A stretch of 63,800 bases of DNA, counting the filler, from Phoronis australis (Eukaryota; Animalia; Phoronida): NCBI GenBank assembly GCA_002633005.1. It is 10 parts of 10 records of this genome, joined end to end, with 100 filler letters (N's around TTAATTAATTAA, not from the genome) between each part and the next. Parts side by side here need not be neighbours in the genome. Positions count along the whole stretch, not along the records: positions 34,746 to 38,357 come from NMRA01002940.1; positions 38,458 to 43,577 come from NMRA01002420.1; positions 43,678 to 48,995 come from NMRA01001430.1; 7 more parts are not named here. One strand, 5' to 3'. The notes under the pieces are model-generated. The model was not told the DNA's origin and did no database searches. It saw nothing but the letters and a program-made list of their open reading frames with translations. The number at the start of each line of letters is the position of its first letter. The stretch's first letter is position 1. Made by a program: the position numbers and the translations under genes. This document shows positions 36,229 through 48,580 of this stretch, piece by piece.

Positions 36229-36918
36229 CTGAAACACGGTAACATCACACACGTATGCACATCATTCAGTGCCCAGAATTCAAGGCACATTGAATTGTCA
36301 ATAACAATAAGACGGTAGTGGCCTTTTCCCATGTGGACATTCTCTTCATAGTTCAATGGAAAGGCTAAATCTTACACACTCAGTGTAATATCAAGCAAGA
36401 ATGAAATTTGCCATTATGGTGATTTGGGATATCAGAAATGCCGCATTTATTTGAATTTTGTTGCAATGCAAAAATGCGCAAGATTACACATCAGTTTGTA
36501 ATATTACGTGCCCGTGCGTAATATTAAGCAGTAGTGCATAATATTACGCATACCTTGTGCAACGTTGATGCATCTAGCCTCTGATGGTTTATTAATTTTG
36601 AGAACGACTTTGCGCAGTACATTGCTATGATTTCGGCTATTAAGTGCATAAAAGCAACACCTTCAATATTTAGCCAGCACTGAAAAGAACTCTTGGCAAA
36701 TAGAAATTAATACTTATTCCAGGTTTTGTGCATCAAAAATTGTTGAATTCTGACGTTTTGAGTTTTTGTTTATGTTAAAAAGTACTGCTGCATACAACTC
36801 GAGATTAAACGATGTATCAGTACTTGTATTTATACCACAATATTAGCGTCGAATGGTAGATACAACCATGTAATAACCCATTTAGTTATCTCACTAGTGA
36901 GATATCATTTTGGCGCAA

Positions 36919-36989
36919 AACCGAGGCCGGTTTCAAACCTGGACCTCAAGAGTTTCGAGTCGCCGACTTAACCACTACACCACTCAGCC
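36919..36989 (-). pseudogene. tRNA-like pseudogene or SINE head, 71 nt
   Basis: GGCTGAG/CTCGGTT acceptor-like stem, A box TGGTGTAGTGG, B box GGTTTGAAACC. The anticodon stem does not pair. Confidence 0.55.
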
Positions 36990-37537
36990 GCTGACGTCAT
37001 CGAACGTGAAAATAGAATACTTAAATGAGCACGCGCAACAATCGCATGTTCAGCAAAGGGCATTGTACGGACATTTATACGCTATGAAAAATAAGACATA
37101 TAATTTCCATAAAAACGATATCTTAATTCAGTAAAATCTTTCTCTCGTGTTCTCTCACTTGTAAATAAATGATCTCCAATTTGAATGCAGGTATCGTGTC
37201 GTCGGGATCCTTTGACTTGAGCATTATAATCAGTTACTATTGGTAACCTACTTTAGCAGACGATATTTTCCCAGTCGAAGCTTAGCGTGATAAAATGTGT
37301 AGTAAGCTATAATAGTTGCTAAACCTTAATTTACAGATAAGCTTTTATTTCTATTTTGTTTAAATGTTCAATTGGTTTTGAGTAAAAGCATTATTTGACA
37401 AAAACAGCTCGGCTTTTCTTAAAAGGTCACGACCTCCGACCCCGGGCCTCTGACATAGAAAGTAGTTACAAAGTCGAGGTGAGTCGAGAAAGGTAGATCG
37501 ATTCAATGCAATGTTTCTCATTCAGTATGTGGTATCA

Positions 37538-37700
37538 ATAGATTATTACATGTTCTCAGTCGTTATCCCCTTATCTAGAGCCCGAGTGGATTTTGCAGCA
37601 TTATAACCCTCGGGGCTGACGCCCCTCAGGCGATAATTTTCCAAAATCCACTTGGGCTCTAGATAACGGGGTATAACGACTTCGCCATGTAATAATCTGT
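37538..37700. mobile_element. Palindromic MITE (ATAGATTATTACATG termini)
   Basis: Arms of ~60 bp: AGATTATTACATG...AGTCGTTATCCCC.TTATCTAGAGCCCGAGTGGATTTTG pairs with CAAAATCCACTTGGGCTCTAGATAACGGGGTATAACGACT...CATGTAATAATCT. Confidence 0.85.
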
Positions 37701-38457
37701 ATGACATACGTCATTCATTTATTTTATACCTCTATTTTTACATAGAACAGATCGCAAAAAATATCCATTGTGAGTTAAAATGTCAATACAGAAAAATAGC
37801 CCTACTAAAAAAAACTTAATAAGGATACATCATAAATTCATCACAGATATAGGTAAAACATCCATATGAAGCCAATTCTGCAAACTTTTTAATCTCATTT
37901 GAAGGACACCATTCTTTATCCGACTTCTTTCCTTGCCCAAAATTGCCAAGAAACCATGATGCCAAATATTTTAACTCAAACAAGTATTTCAGTCAATGCC
38001 AAAATTTCAGCAAGGCAATACTCATTTACCTTCAGGTCATACAAAATAAATCCATGCGAAGGCTCAGCGGATACAATTAATACCAAAGGAAAGTAACGAA
38101 TCTGGACAGTTGCAGTTTTAGTCTGATTCGTGGCAATATAGATTCTCAGTACACGTATGAAAGTAAATATCTGCAACAATTTGTCACGTGAGTTGTTGGC
38201 ACCTAGAAGAAAACACTAGCAACACGGACTCGCACTTGAGTAACCCTGTGTTTTATTGATAAATACAGTGACTGGAAAAAGACAGTTAATGATTTTCGAC
38301 AGTGACATTACATAGAACACTTTTTAAAACCTATTGGATATATGCAAAACTAATTGTNNNNNNNNNNNNNNNNNNNNNNNNNNNNNNNNNNNNNNNNNNN
38401 NTTAATTAATTAANNNNNNNNNNNNNNNNNNNNNNNNNNNNNNNNNNNNNNNNNNNN

Positions 38458-38650
38458 GCATATGCCCAACCAGGGTGGCTCGGGGCTGAATAAATAATGC
38501 ATAGGCCCTGAACAAACTCCGTTTACCGTTTTTTTTTAGTCAAAAGTTTCGCAAACCTAAAAATTCGAGACCCCTGAACTTTAGGCTGGGCTAGCGCTTC
38601 TGCCAAAATTCTGCTTATTCCTGTACCCTTCCCCCCCTGGATCCGCCCTG
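38458..38650. mobile_element. 3' part of a short TIR element, same family as 30710-30943
   Basis: Shared internal sequence. Ends CCCTGGATCCGCCCTG. Confidence 0.7.
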
Positions 38651-39458
38651 AGTACGATAACTAACATTAATAAATGGGGACATGAATGGGGAAGTAGAAT
38701 CTATGCAGCGAATGGGTCAGAGCACAGTAGGGGTGTTGCCATCATGTTTAACAACAACTTAAATGTTAAAGTTAAAAGATGATGTATCGAAGATCCTGAT
38801 GGCCGTTATTTGTGCATTGACGCAGATGTGGATGATCATAATTACATTTTTATAGACGTTTTTTTCCAAATGAAAATAGATCATTTACTCTAGACAACGA
38901 ATTAAACAAATTTATGTTCTTCCACACAAACTCTTGTTACCTCCTTATGTTAAAACCTTTAAGTACTTCAATGTTCATAGAAAAGTGTTTACAAAACTTA
39001 ATTTGAAAAAAGATGAATTTAGTAAGTGATGACAAGTGTGCATCTTGTGGAACTGTTGAGACTTTTAACCATATGTTTGTGGAGTGTGGTTCTGTGAAAA
39101 CTGTGTGGTGTGAAATTCAGAAACTTTTAATTTACGTAACTGCACAACACGATTTAATCTTAGATAAAAATGTTATTTTGACAGCAACTGCTGGTTGTAA
39201 TTTTGAAGATATCAATACCATATTAACTATTATCCAGTATTTCATCCATAAATGTTCTAGAAACCAGATTATTCCTAGATATTCACAATTTCAACGTTTC
39301 TTACATAATTAAAGTAAAGTAAGGAATATACAGCCCCGTACAACTGCCTTTTGGNGTGTGCGTGTGTGTGCGTGCGTGTGTGTTTGACTGTGTTTCACTT
39401 GCAAAGATCTTATTGTTTGTAACTATTAGTGTATTTAGAAATAAAATGTATTAAAAAA
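38651..39458 (+). mobile_element. Internally deleted L1/Tx1-clade LINE remnant
   Basis: APE endonuclease fragment (KWGHEWGSRIYAANGSEHSRGVAIMF...DPDGRYL) is joined almost directly to the C-terminal Zn motif (HRKVFTKLNLKKMNLVSDDKCASCGTVETFNHMFVEC). AATAAA and an A run follow at 39440-39458. Confidence 0.75.
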
Positions 39459-39913
39459 GACTTTAACACTTCCACATTTTGTAAGTTTATTCAAAATTAA
39501 GGCAAAACTTAGGTCAAACACTTAAGTCAAACTTAAGATCTCATTCTTGAATTGGTTTTGAGACAAATTTTACTTTTATTTTAAAGTTTAAACAAGTTAA
39601 GATTTGTCAGTTTTGTTGGAACATTTACACTTCAGTCCATTAGTCATGCCAGTTTGTTTGCGTAAAGTGCTACCTGTTGAGAATTCGACAAGCCAATCAG
39701 AAACGCCGGTGTAAAAAAATTCCCGAGGAAAATTAAGTGATACCTATGTGCTGGCTACCAACCACCTAGCGGCACGCAGGGAACCAGCGAGAGCGACCGT
39801 GGTGCGTTAGAATGTGACGGAGCGAGGATTGGTCGAAATCAACAAAACCGGTTTAGTATAAATTCCAAGTTTTCAGATTGTCAACTCACTACTTAAATAA
39901 TGTCCGCAAGTAA

Positions 39914-40655
39914 CCCCCCCCCCGAGTTTAGTCGGGAAACACTCGGCTTATCGCCTGTGTGATTTTGCGTGGTTTTGCAAGATCTCGTATTTCTAGCAAG
40001 AAACTTACTCAGACCAGATTGGCCACATGCAAAACTTTAAAATGTATTGTTAGAAACGCAATATCTAGGTTTGAATTTATCTATCTGTTCATCTTTCTAC
40101 CAAAATGCATCACGAAGGAAGTGAATTTAATACAATAAAACTCGTCATTGGCGCTCAAAATTGACTTAAAATACATAATGTAAATTTATTTTATGCTTTA
40201 TAAAGTTGACGTCACAAATATTTTCGGGTTTTCCAAGAACTTTACCTTTACAATTCTCCAGACTTTTCGATGCTCGTCGCCNCCCCCCCCCCCCCCCGAG
40301 TTAAGCCGGGAAACACTCGGCTTGTCGCCTGTGTGATTTTGCGTGGTTTTGCAAGATCTCGTATTTCTAGCAAGAAACTTACTCAGACCAGATTGACCAC
40401 ATGCAAAACATTAAAATGTATTGTTAGAAACGCAACATCTAGGATTGAATTGATCTATCTGTTCATCTTTCTACCAAAATGCATCACGAAGGAAGTGAAT
40501 TAAATACAATAAAACTCGTCATTGGCGCTCAAAATTGACTTAAAATACATTATGTAAATTTATTTTATGCTTTATAATGTTGACGTCACAAATATTTTCG
40601 GGTTTTCCAAGAACTTTACCTTTACAATTCTCCAGACTTTTCGATGCTCGTCGCC
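39914..40655. repeat. ~370-bp near-identical duplication across a single N, likely a haplotype overlap artefact
   Basis: 39914-40281 versus 40283-40655, with the N at 40282 next to a poly-C run. The copy includes the 3' part of the SVEP1-like exon. Confidence 0.88.
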
Positions 40656-40781
40656 ATGTTGTTTTATTATACGGACAAGCTTCGCAAGAAGATTCTGCAA
40701 AGTTCGCCTGATAGAATCCAATGGCGCAGGTTTCGCACGGCTCCAGACCGCTGACAGAAAATGTACCAGGTAAACACTGCG
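40620..40781 (-). CDS. SVEP1: SVEP1/polydom-like exon, ephrin-receptor-like (GCC2_GCC3) repeat
   Basis: TTTTAG...GTAAAG, 162 nt, phase 1-1. Encodes AQCLPGTFSVSGLEPCETCAIGFYQANFAESSCEACPYNKTTWRRASKSLENCK. Confidence 0.8.
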
Positions 40782-41714
40782 CTAAAATGGAAATACGAAT
40801 CATCTTAACCATTTGAATACGATGGGAAGGTCATTTATAATATTTGTTAAATGGGGCGTAACAGCCATAATATGTTTGTTTCAACAAATGTTTTTCGGAA
40901 TATGTTATAAATTCACTTAAAACTGTATTTCCTCAGGGTTTAGCTGCCAAAAAAACAGAAAACAAAATAATTAGCACATTTAAAAAATCGGTTTCATAAT
41001 ATTCGAAACCATCAGCGACTCAAAAATAAGCTTCATACACTGTAGATAATGCAAGTTCGAAAATGGCGCGTGTATGCATTGCCTGTTATTTGAGCGACTG
41101 ATTCGGTAACAATTCATAACTGGGTGATCATGGTGATTTTTTAAGCACCAAAGCGATTTGTTTAAGAAATCAATAGCGACACCTATCGTAAATGCCTCTG
41201 TACATGTAATAGTTTTGTTATTGTACAATCGCCAGCACGTAATCTGCAGTAGATCGATTTCTTGTTGATCGTATAGATTCCTCTTTCAAAATAGCCTCTC
41301 TCTTTTGGTTGACAGTATAGCCAATATCCCTGATCTTGGAAAGGTTGTGGCGCACGTTGCTGGTAGAACGATGAATTTATCTGAATCGGAACTTAACAGC
41401 TACACGAATACTCCGTTTCCATGGGAAACTAGGTCTCAAGCTCGTCGCAAAGATATCGGTAGATAGGCGTAATCAATGTTCACTTTGTTTTTTCTTTCTT
41501 AAAATCAAGGTAATGGTAAGTATCTATCGGTAACCGGCTGATGAGCCCCAAGGCACGATATTCGTGCTACCTGTGTTGTTATATCCAGCAAAGTCGCAAC
41601 AAAGGAAAACAATGGTAGCGTCCCATAGTCGATAACCATGCGACACGCTCTCGCCCATCGCAAGGATCTCGCAAGTTAAACAATAGTTTGCGACCTCCAT
41701 TTGGCATGGGTTAC

Positions 41715-41876
41715 CTTCACACTGTTCTATGTGTACAGCGCGTTCAGAATGAGTGGATGTCTTCTTTGGACATGGTAAGCAACTCAAATGTCCTTCGAAG
41801 GGTTGGTACGTTCCGATTGGACAGTTGTGACATTTAGTTGTCTGTGGATCGAAGAATGAGCCAATGGGACACTTTA
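41715..41876 (-). CDS. SVEP1: SVEP1/polydom-like exon, ephrin-receptor-like repeat
   Basis: TTCTTAG...GTAACC, 162 nt, phase 1-1. Encodes VKCPIGSFFDPQTTKCHNCPIGTYQPFEGHLSCLPCPKKTSTHSERAVHIEQCE. Confidence 0.8.
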
Positions 41877-42124
41877 CTAAGAAAATAGAAACGCACCGTT
41901 AAAGTTACATACATGTAAGCATCAAAAACGAACGTACAGAGGTGCACTGCATAGGCGTACATGTACGAGACAGTGCAATTTTACATAACATAAGCAATAC
42001 AGTTCCCAGTGATTTCACGAATAAAACAATGGACGTTAACTATTTTATAAAGTACATGTATACTACTGATAATGAAAGTATTCAGATCAGTGTTGAAACT
42101 GAATCCATGACACTGCTAACTCAC

Positions 42125-42343
42125 CACAGCGATTGTTATCCAGCAGAATACTTCCGGGTTTACACACTATTTTAGGGTAATCTGGGTCAAAGCTTATGTT
42201 CTGGAACTTTAGTGATGAGTATCCCATTTTCACTTCAATGTCACCGCGTTTGGCGCTGGCGGTCATGCTGTCCATCATACTATTCATGCCGTTCATAAGC
42301 GAGTTGTAAACTTGCTTGGCGTTAGAACTGGAGTTGACTGAAC
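42125..42343 (-). CDS. SVEP1: SVEP1/polydom-like exon preceding the ephrin-like repeats
   Basis: ATGTAG...GTGAGT, 219 nt, phase 1-1. Ends VCKPGSILLDNNRC, like the recalled SVEP1 CRPGSVLRGRMC. Confidence 0.72.
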
Positions 42344-43677
42344 CTACATGTAATGAGAGAGAATTTGTGTCACAGATTACACGTGCGCAAGCAAACAGAG
42401 TTTTTCCATTGGCGAACGGGGCTATTCGGAAAATTTTCATTAACTAGAGGGCGCGCGTGTACTAGTGGTGATAGATTAGGCAGCCTCGATTTCGCGTGCC
42501 CTTTAAATGCATGGTGAAATGGCTTGCAGTCGTGCCAACTGAATCTGAGACTGCGTGCTTCTATGAGAGGAAGTAAGTACGTCCTTTTACAAAGGTAAGG
42601 TTTGTGATAATTTTAACGATTATTCCACGTTTATTCTACTGATGCCAGTTAACTGAGGTACCCGCCGATGTCGACTTCGCGGCAGTCGCCAGTCGGGTTA
42701 ATCTTTGTTGTGATGCGAGTTACGATACTTGACATAGCACTCGGGATCTTTTCGTACATTAAAGCAGTATTTTTGCATGGAATGAGTTCTAACAGGTTTA
42801 TCAGTGACAGTCACATCAATCAATGTTGAATGTTTATGCTGTCAACGCCATATTTGTTAGTAAGTTAAGATTACAATCCAGGCCCAATGGTAGAGGATAC
42901 GTGACAAATAGGCAATTACATCGCCCTGGATGCCTACTCTAATTTCAAACCTGACTTGCATTTCACCAAAATGGTTTATGAGTCTGAAATCCTGGTTTTG
43001 CTAGACCAGGAAGCTGGTTCATTAAAACCAGGTATAAAGTATTAAAGGGACCCTACTGTGTCGAGCTGGGTAAACCCAACAAAGAAACTATTGAAGTGCT
43101 TCAATGAAACCTTGATCATGTGGGTATACAATGGCATACACTAGTAGAATCAGTGCAGATAAGACAGTTACGAAAACCTCTTCTCATGAGGAAAAATTTA
43201 ATTTTTGTGCCCAACACACACACATTAAAGAACATGCTCATGATAAGATGTAACATGATAAATGCCCAAATTCATTTCCGTGTCATTATAGTGTTTATTT
43301 TTTGCGGCCAAAGGGGGGGCAAGACCCCTTCGTGGCAACATTAAATCGAAGAACAGTGGAGGTGGAACTCAGAAGAATCAGAAGATGCTGTCTTAAGTCA
43401 AATCCATAGCGCTTACGACGGTGACGCCCTTCTCGACCAGTCGTATTCTGAGGAATCCGCAGGACACACTCCAGCACGTACTGGTTTACGCATAGGCGGA
43501 TCCAGGGGGTCAAGGGATCTGGAGCCCCCTTTGTTCCATTGATTTTAGTGATATTAAATCTATAATTTTCAAATTGTNNNNNNNNNNNNNNNNNNNNNNN
43601 NNNNNNNNNNNNNNNNNNNNNTTAATTAATTAANNNNNNNNNNNNNNNNNNNNNNNNNNNNNNNNNNNNNNNNNNNN

Positions 43678-44320
43678 ATCCTAAGCCTTTTATATAATTT
43701 TCTCATTTTTTACAAATGGACATTGCATTCCTGCATTAACTCTTCATAAACAATAGTTGAAAAACTTCTCTTTTTATTGATTCAATCCTCTTGAAGCCTT
43801 TGTTTTTGCTTCTACATTGCAACAGAAAATGTTATAGTAATTGCCCTGATGTTGTTCAAAAGAACACCAAAAAATAAAGAAATGATCAACAATCAGGTTA
43901 ATATTCTTCAAAAATTCTTCATTAAAGTGTTCATTATTGTATGGCTGAGCAGAATACTCCTCAATAGTATCGATAGTCACATTTCTAACTTTTATTAAAT
44001 AATGATCATCTTCTAACAGAGAATTATTAAGTCGTCAGAAACTGCGTTGTTTTTGAAAATTGCTACTAACAGTAAAATGTAAGACAAATACATGAGTAAT
44101 TTGTTCTGTAACCTGGACTAAGAGTTTACGCTATCCACCATGTTCAAAAACATTGCTGACATTTTGCAAGAAGTCTTTTTAAACAATGAAAAGCATTTTT
44201 GGACTATTCTCAATGGGTCCACAAGATTAAAAGAGTTTTTTAGATTCTCAATTGCCCTTTTCAGATTAGGATTGTTTTGTTGTAATTGAACAACATTCCA
44301 GTCACATGATATAATAACAA
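43678..44320 (-). mobile_element. Decayed L1/Tx1 ORF2 fragment (endonuclease C-terminal region)
   Basis: DWNVVQ...NNPNLKRAIENLKNSFNLVDPLR...PGYRTNYS...F*RLNNSLLEDDHYLIKVR...TIEEY resembles the GDWN, PGYxSDHS and WKLNxSLL motifs. Many lesions. Confidence 0.6.
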
Positions 44321-47300
44321 GAGCAAAGCAGAGTGAAGAAATGTACCCACGAATGCACAGCAAACACTTCGCTTTTACGGGTGTTTATTTGTATCATAAA
44401 AATGGCCACTAGATGGCACAAAGTACATCGAATCCATCCGAAAACAGGAACATACCATTGTTTCTTTAATAAAAAGCCAGTTGCCCAATCAAGGAACTTG
44501 AGAGAAATAAAGGAAAACGGAAAAAATGATATTGCCACTACGAGCCACAGCGATTTTCGTATGCAACTGAAAGTCGCCATCTGTTGTCAACTTCATGTAG
44601 TTACTCTTAGTGCTAAATTTAATAAAGATCCTGCTATGGGTTTAGGATGTTGTGCTTGGAATTGTGATTCAACTTGGAATAGAAATCTATTCTGAGTTGA
44701 CGTAAGTGATCTTGAGATTAAGCAAGCACTTGCGACATCTAGTGTACAACTGTTAACTAAAATTTAACATAAATGAAAACACTTCCACCTAATTGCGAGC
44801 TCCAAGCACTGGCATATACACAGGGGGTGAGGTGGCAGGTACAACGGGGAATGACAAACTGTTCAATGCAAAACCCCTCTCGGTACTGTACATCCTAGCT
44901 CTTAATTATTCTTAATCCTTTTCATTGCAAAAGTCCCAGGTTGCCAGTCATTTCAGCCCCTCGGTCACAAACCCAACCATCCCAGTCAAACCACCTTTGG
45001 AAACAATTGATTAAAGAAGAAGTTCAGATAACACTTGTTGAGTAAATGTACTGTTATTTTTGGCAAATAAAGTGGAAATACTCATTTCATTTTTAAACGT
45101 GCAATTTAATGAATATAAGTTTTTCATTGGTTTGCTGTTGTGATGTCATCAGGTCTATATATTGATGACAACATGCCAAAAGTCACAGAAAACAACTCTG
45201 AAGTTCTGTTGACAGGTTTTGAATGTTCTCATAAAGATCATTAGACTTTTCTGGCCTACAATATTTTTGCCTTTGTCTGTTCAGTACAGACCCACATAAC
45301 ATTATGCCAATGTATGTAAAGACAGACAAAAGTGGCCAAGTGAAATAATACTGTCTATACCACTTGTTTTGGCACAATAGCTTGCAAATCACTGCCCAGC
45401 ATTCGCAGTTTGAAACAACCATGTTGGACTGAGTGACTGAGTGAGGTAACATATGCATATGCGTCTTTTGCAGGTTGTCGACATCTCTAAATACAGTTGT
45501 TAATATTTAACAACTGGACTGAAACATGGTGGCACACAGTAAAGTTTGATACAAATGTTTCCATGTGTGTGAGGAGCATACAGAGGTAATGACATATCAA
45601 CTACTGACAGTAAATCTGAATCCTTGTTCACTTTTCAAAACTCGTATGTAGGTCAACAGATTTGCCAAAGATGGAGGACCCCATTTCATTGCTGGTACAG
45701 CATTTGAAGCTGTTTGCCAATGAATTACCTAAATGCAGCATATGTCCCTCGAAGGTTGTATGTAACCTAATCTGCCTCATAGATCAGTCTATATTTATTA
45801 AATGGCTACAGATGCTTTAATGCTAAGTTTGATGAACTGACATTGTCTGCTTACTTTGTTGTCAGGGTTTGTGATTTTTATGGTATTTGATTGGTCACAA
45901 TGCTAGTTCAGTGACATCCTGGTGGCGTAAGTGAAAAGTGTTATTCCACGGGGTGGTGGGTCAAAATTATCAAACTGTGATCCAGACAATCAGAGGACAA
46001 AAGTATCTGTTGTCATGTAATGAAACAACATGAGTAACCCAAAATTTAATGTCAGGACATAAGGTTATGTGGCACCTTACTGACAAATATCTACAAATTT
46101 TGGAATTTAACTTTCTAAAACACTACACTTTGATTCATGAAAGTAGAGAGTCTGTATATGCTGACTTTATGTATCGATCTTCCATTAATTGGGTCCCTTG
46201 ACCATATTTTTAATAAGATCTGGGAAAAAGGAATACAATCATAACAAAACAGTGGAGTCGATAACATGACCAATTTTCTTTTCATATAAATGTTTTTTAG
46301 TAACCCTTTTCATTTTAATCAATGTTTGATGAATCATGTCATATAACTGTTGTTCTTCAAATACGCCATATGTTGATCACATCAGGTGTTGGCTAACGGG
46401 TTAGCAGAAAGCCCTGGGTTCAAACCTTGGTGGGGACAGAGAGCATTTTATAGATGTAGCTATGTATCACCTGATGCTAACAAATTGACAGACTTCAACA
46501 GAAGTCTCCAAGACTGCCCAATAATTTGTCAGTTTACAGTCGAACTTTTGTCACTGTTGAATGTCGACATTGTGTCTAGTCCTTAATTTTTTGTTTGTGA
46601 CTGGTCTTGCGCAATAAGTTGTTTTTGTTGAGATTTAGCTAGAATTGAAACAAATATTTTATTAGTCTTATCAAATTACGACATTGTGTAGTTTAGTTTG
46701 AAAAATACTGTATGCCAGCCTTTGTACCTTTATAGAGTTTGTTTTATGTTGCATTATAATTTGGTGGTAGTTTAGAAAAAATAAAAACTTAGACCTGTCC
46801 ATGCAGATGTTGTTAAAGCAAAGTCACATTCTTATTTTTAAATATCTTTAAAAACTATCCACCATTTTCATTGTAACATACATATCCAGTGAGAGACTAG
46901 GGTCCACCTGCACTAACATGGAGAACATATTTTCCATGACCCCTTAGCTTTCCAAAAAGAATGGGCCCAACTCGAGGATTTCATTTTTGTCTATGAAAGT
47001 GACTCATTAAAGGTATTAATTTTTTTTATAAAATTGAAAATGTGAAACCCCATACTGTTTTAAGTACTGGTTAAATTTGAAATTATGTAGAAGACGATTG
47101 CTAATGCGGTAGAGTAGTCTCAGGAATAGGAATTGCATTTACAGTTTATTGTAATCTGGGAGAGAAAGCTTGCTTCACCACTTAGTTTTTTGTGAAATGA
47201 AAAGACGTGGATTGCAAGTTTGCTTATTAAAGGGAACAGTATTTTGTTGTGAATTGATTTAGCATACAGCTTTGTACCAAGGCAAGGGCAATGGATGGTA

Positions 47301-47669
47301 TCCTATGCCTGCCTCTTGGACGACACGTTTTTCACTAGGTGCCATACAAAAATGCATGGAGAATTTTTTACTACACTGGCAAACAGTAAATAATGAGGAT
47401 CTTTGTGATACAATTGTAAAACGCAATGTAAACTCTATCCACTCAATGCCCCAATATGGAGCAGAAATATGTGATAAGCAGTCGATGCCCTGTCAATCAC
47501 TGACATATCAGCCAATCAGAGATTGCGGTCAGCATTAGTGTTTTTACAATAAAATGTGAATCAGTTTTGTTTGGAGCGCAACTCGGGCAAAAGTTAGTTT
47601 TATATGTACAGTGTATGTTAGAATCGGTTTGCTGCTGTATTGTTTTTACTACAGTCATCTTTTAAACTA

Positions 47670-48580
47670 GGCATTGGGTAAAAATTAATCGCTGATAATT
47701 TACAGGGATAGAGAAAATTGTTCATAATGTCTTGCAATCTTTCAGGGAATGCTTACTTCACAACATAGGGTTTGTAAAGCGAAAATAGAATGGCCTGCTT
47801 AAACGTGGAATTCGGAAGAAAATAATTGTTAAAGTGTTCAATAAAGTCTCAAGATAAGAAAAAAGTTGTGCTTACAACATATTTTAACCCGCCAGAAAAT
47901 CTTTGGTTCACCAAGTGACTTTGTAAAGCTAATAAAAAATCATTCCAAGTTTAAGCAAGGGCATGGCTGGCTTAAACTTGGAATTGGGTACAAAAAACTA
48001 CAAAATGCATTCAGGGGCATTTCAAAAGTAATAGAAAATGCATTTACAATGTATTAGAACCAGTGAAAGAATGTTTGGTTAACCATGTGATTTTTTGTAA
48101 GGTGGAAACTGAATTATTCCAAGTTTAAGGGAGCCACGCCCTTGCTTAAACTTGGAATTGGGTAGAAAAAACTACAATTGAAAATGCATTCAGGGGTGTT
48201 TCAAAAGTAATAGAAAATGCATTTACGATGTATTAGAACCAGAGAAAGAATGTTTGTTTAACCATGTATTTTTTTGTAAGGTGGAAACTGAATTATTCCA
48301 AGTTTAAGCGAGCCACGCCCTTGCTTAAACTTGGAATTGGGTTGGAAAAAGTGCGAATGCGCTCAGAAGTGTTCCAAAATTATTAGAAAATGCATTTAAA
48401 ATGTCTCGCTACCAGTTACCAAATGTTTGGTTCACTATGGGATTTTTTGTAAAGCAGAAATTGAATTATTCCAGTTAATGCAAGGACGCATCTTGCTTAA
48501 ACGTTGAATGGGGTTAAAAACTGTAACTGCGCTCAAACGTATTATGAAGGTAATAGAAAAAAAAAATAAATTGTATTGCA
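47670..48580. repeat. ~175-bp satellite-like tandem array, ~5 units, each with an internal palindrome
   Basis: Anchor GCTTAAAC recurs at 47797, 47970, 48144, 48323 and 48495 (periods 173, 174, 179, 172). The central units are the most alike. Confidence 0.9.

Noticed and set aside
36919-36989. Functional tRNA gene
   Set aside because: The anticodon stem cannot pair and the T-loop has TTT instead of TTC. Kept only as a pseudogene or SINE head.
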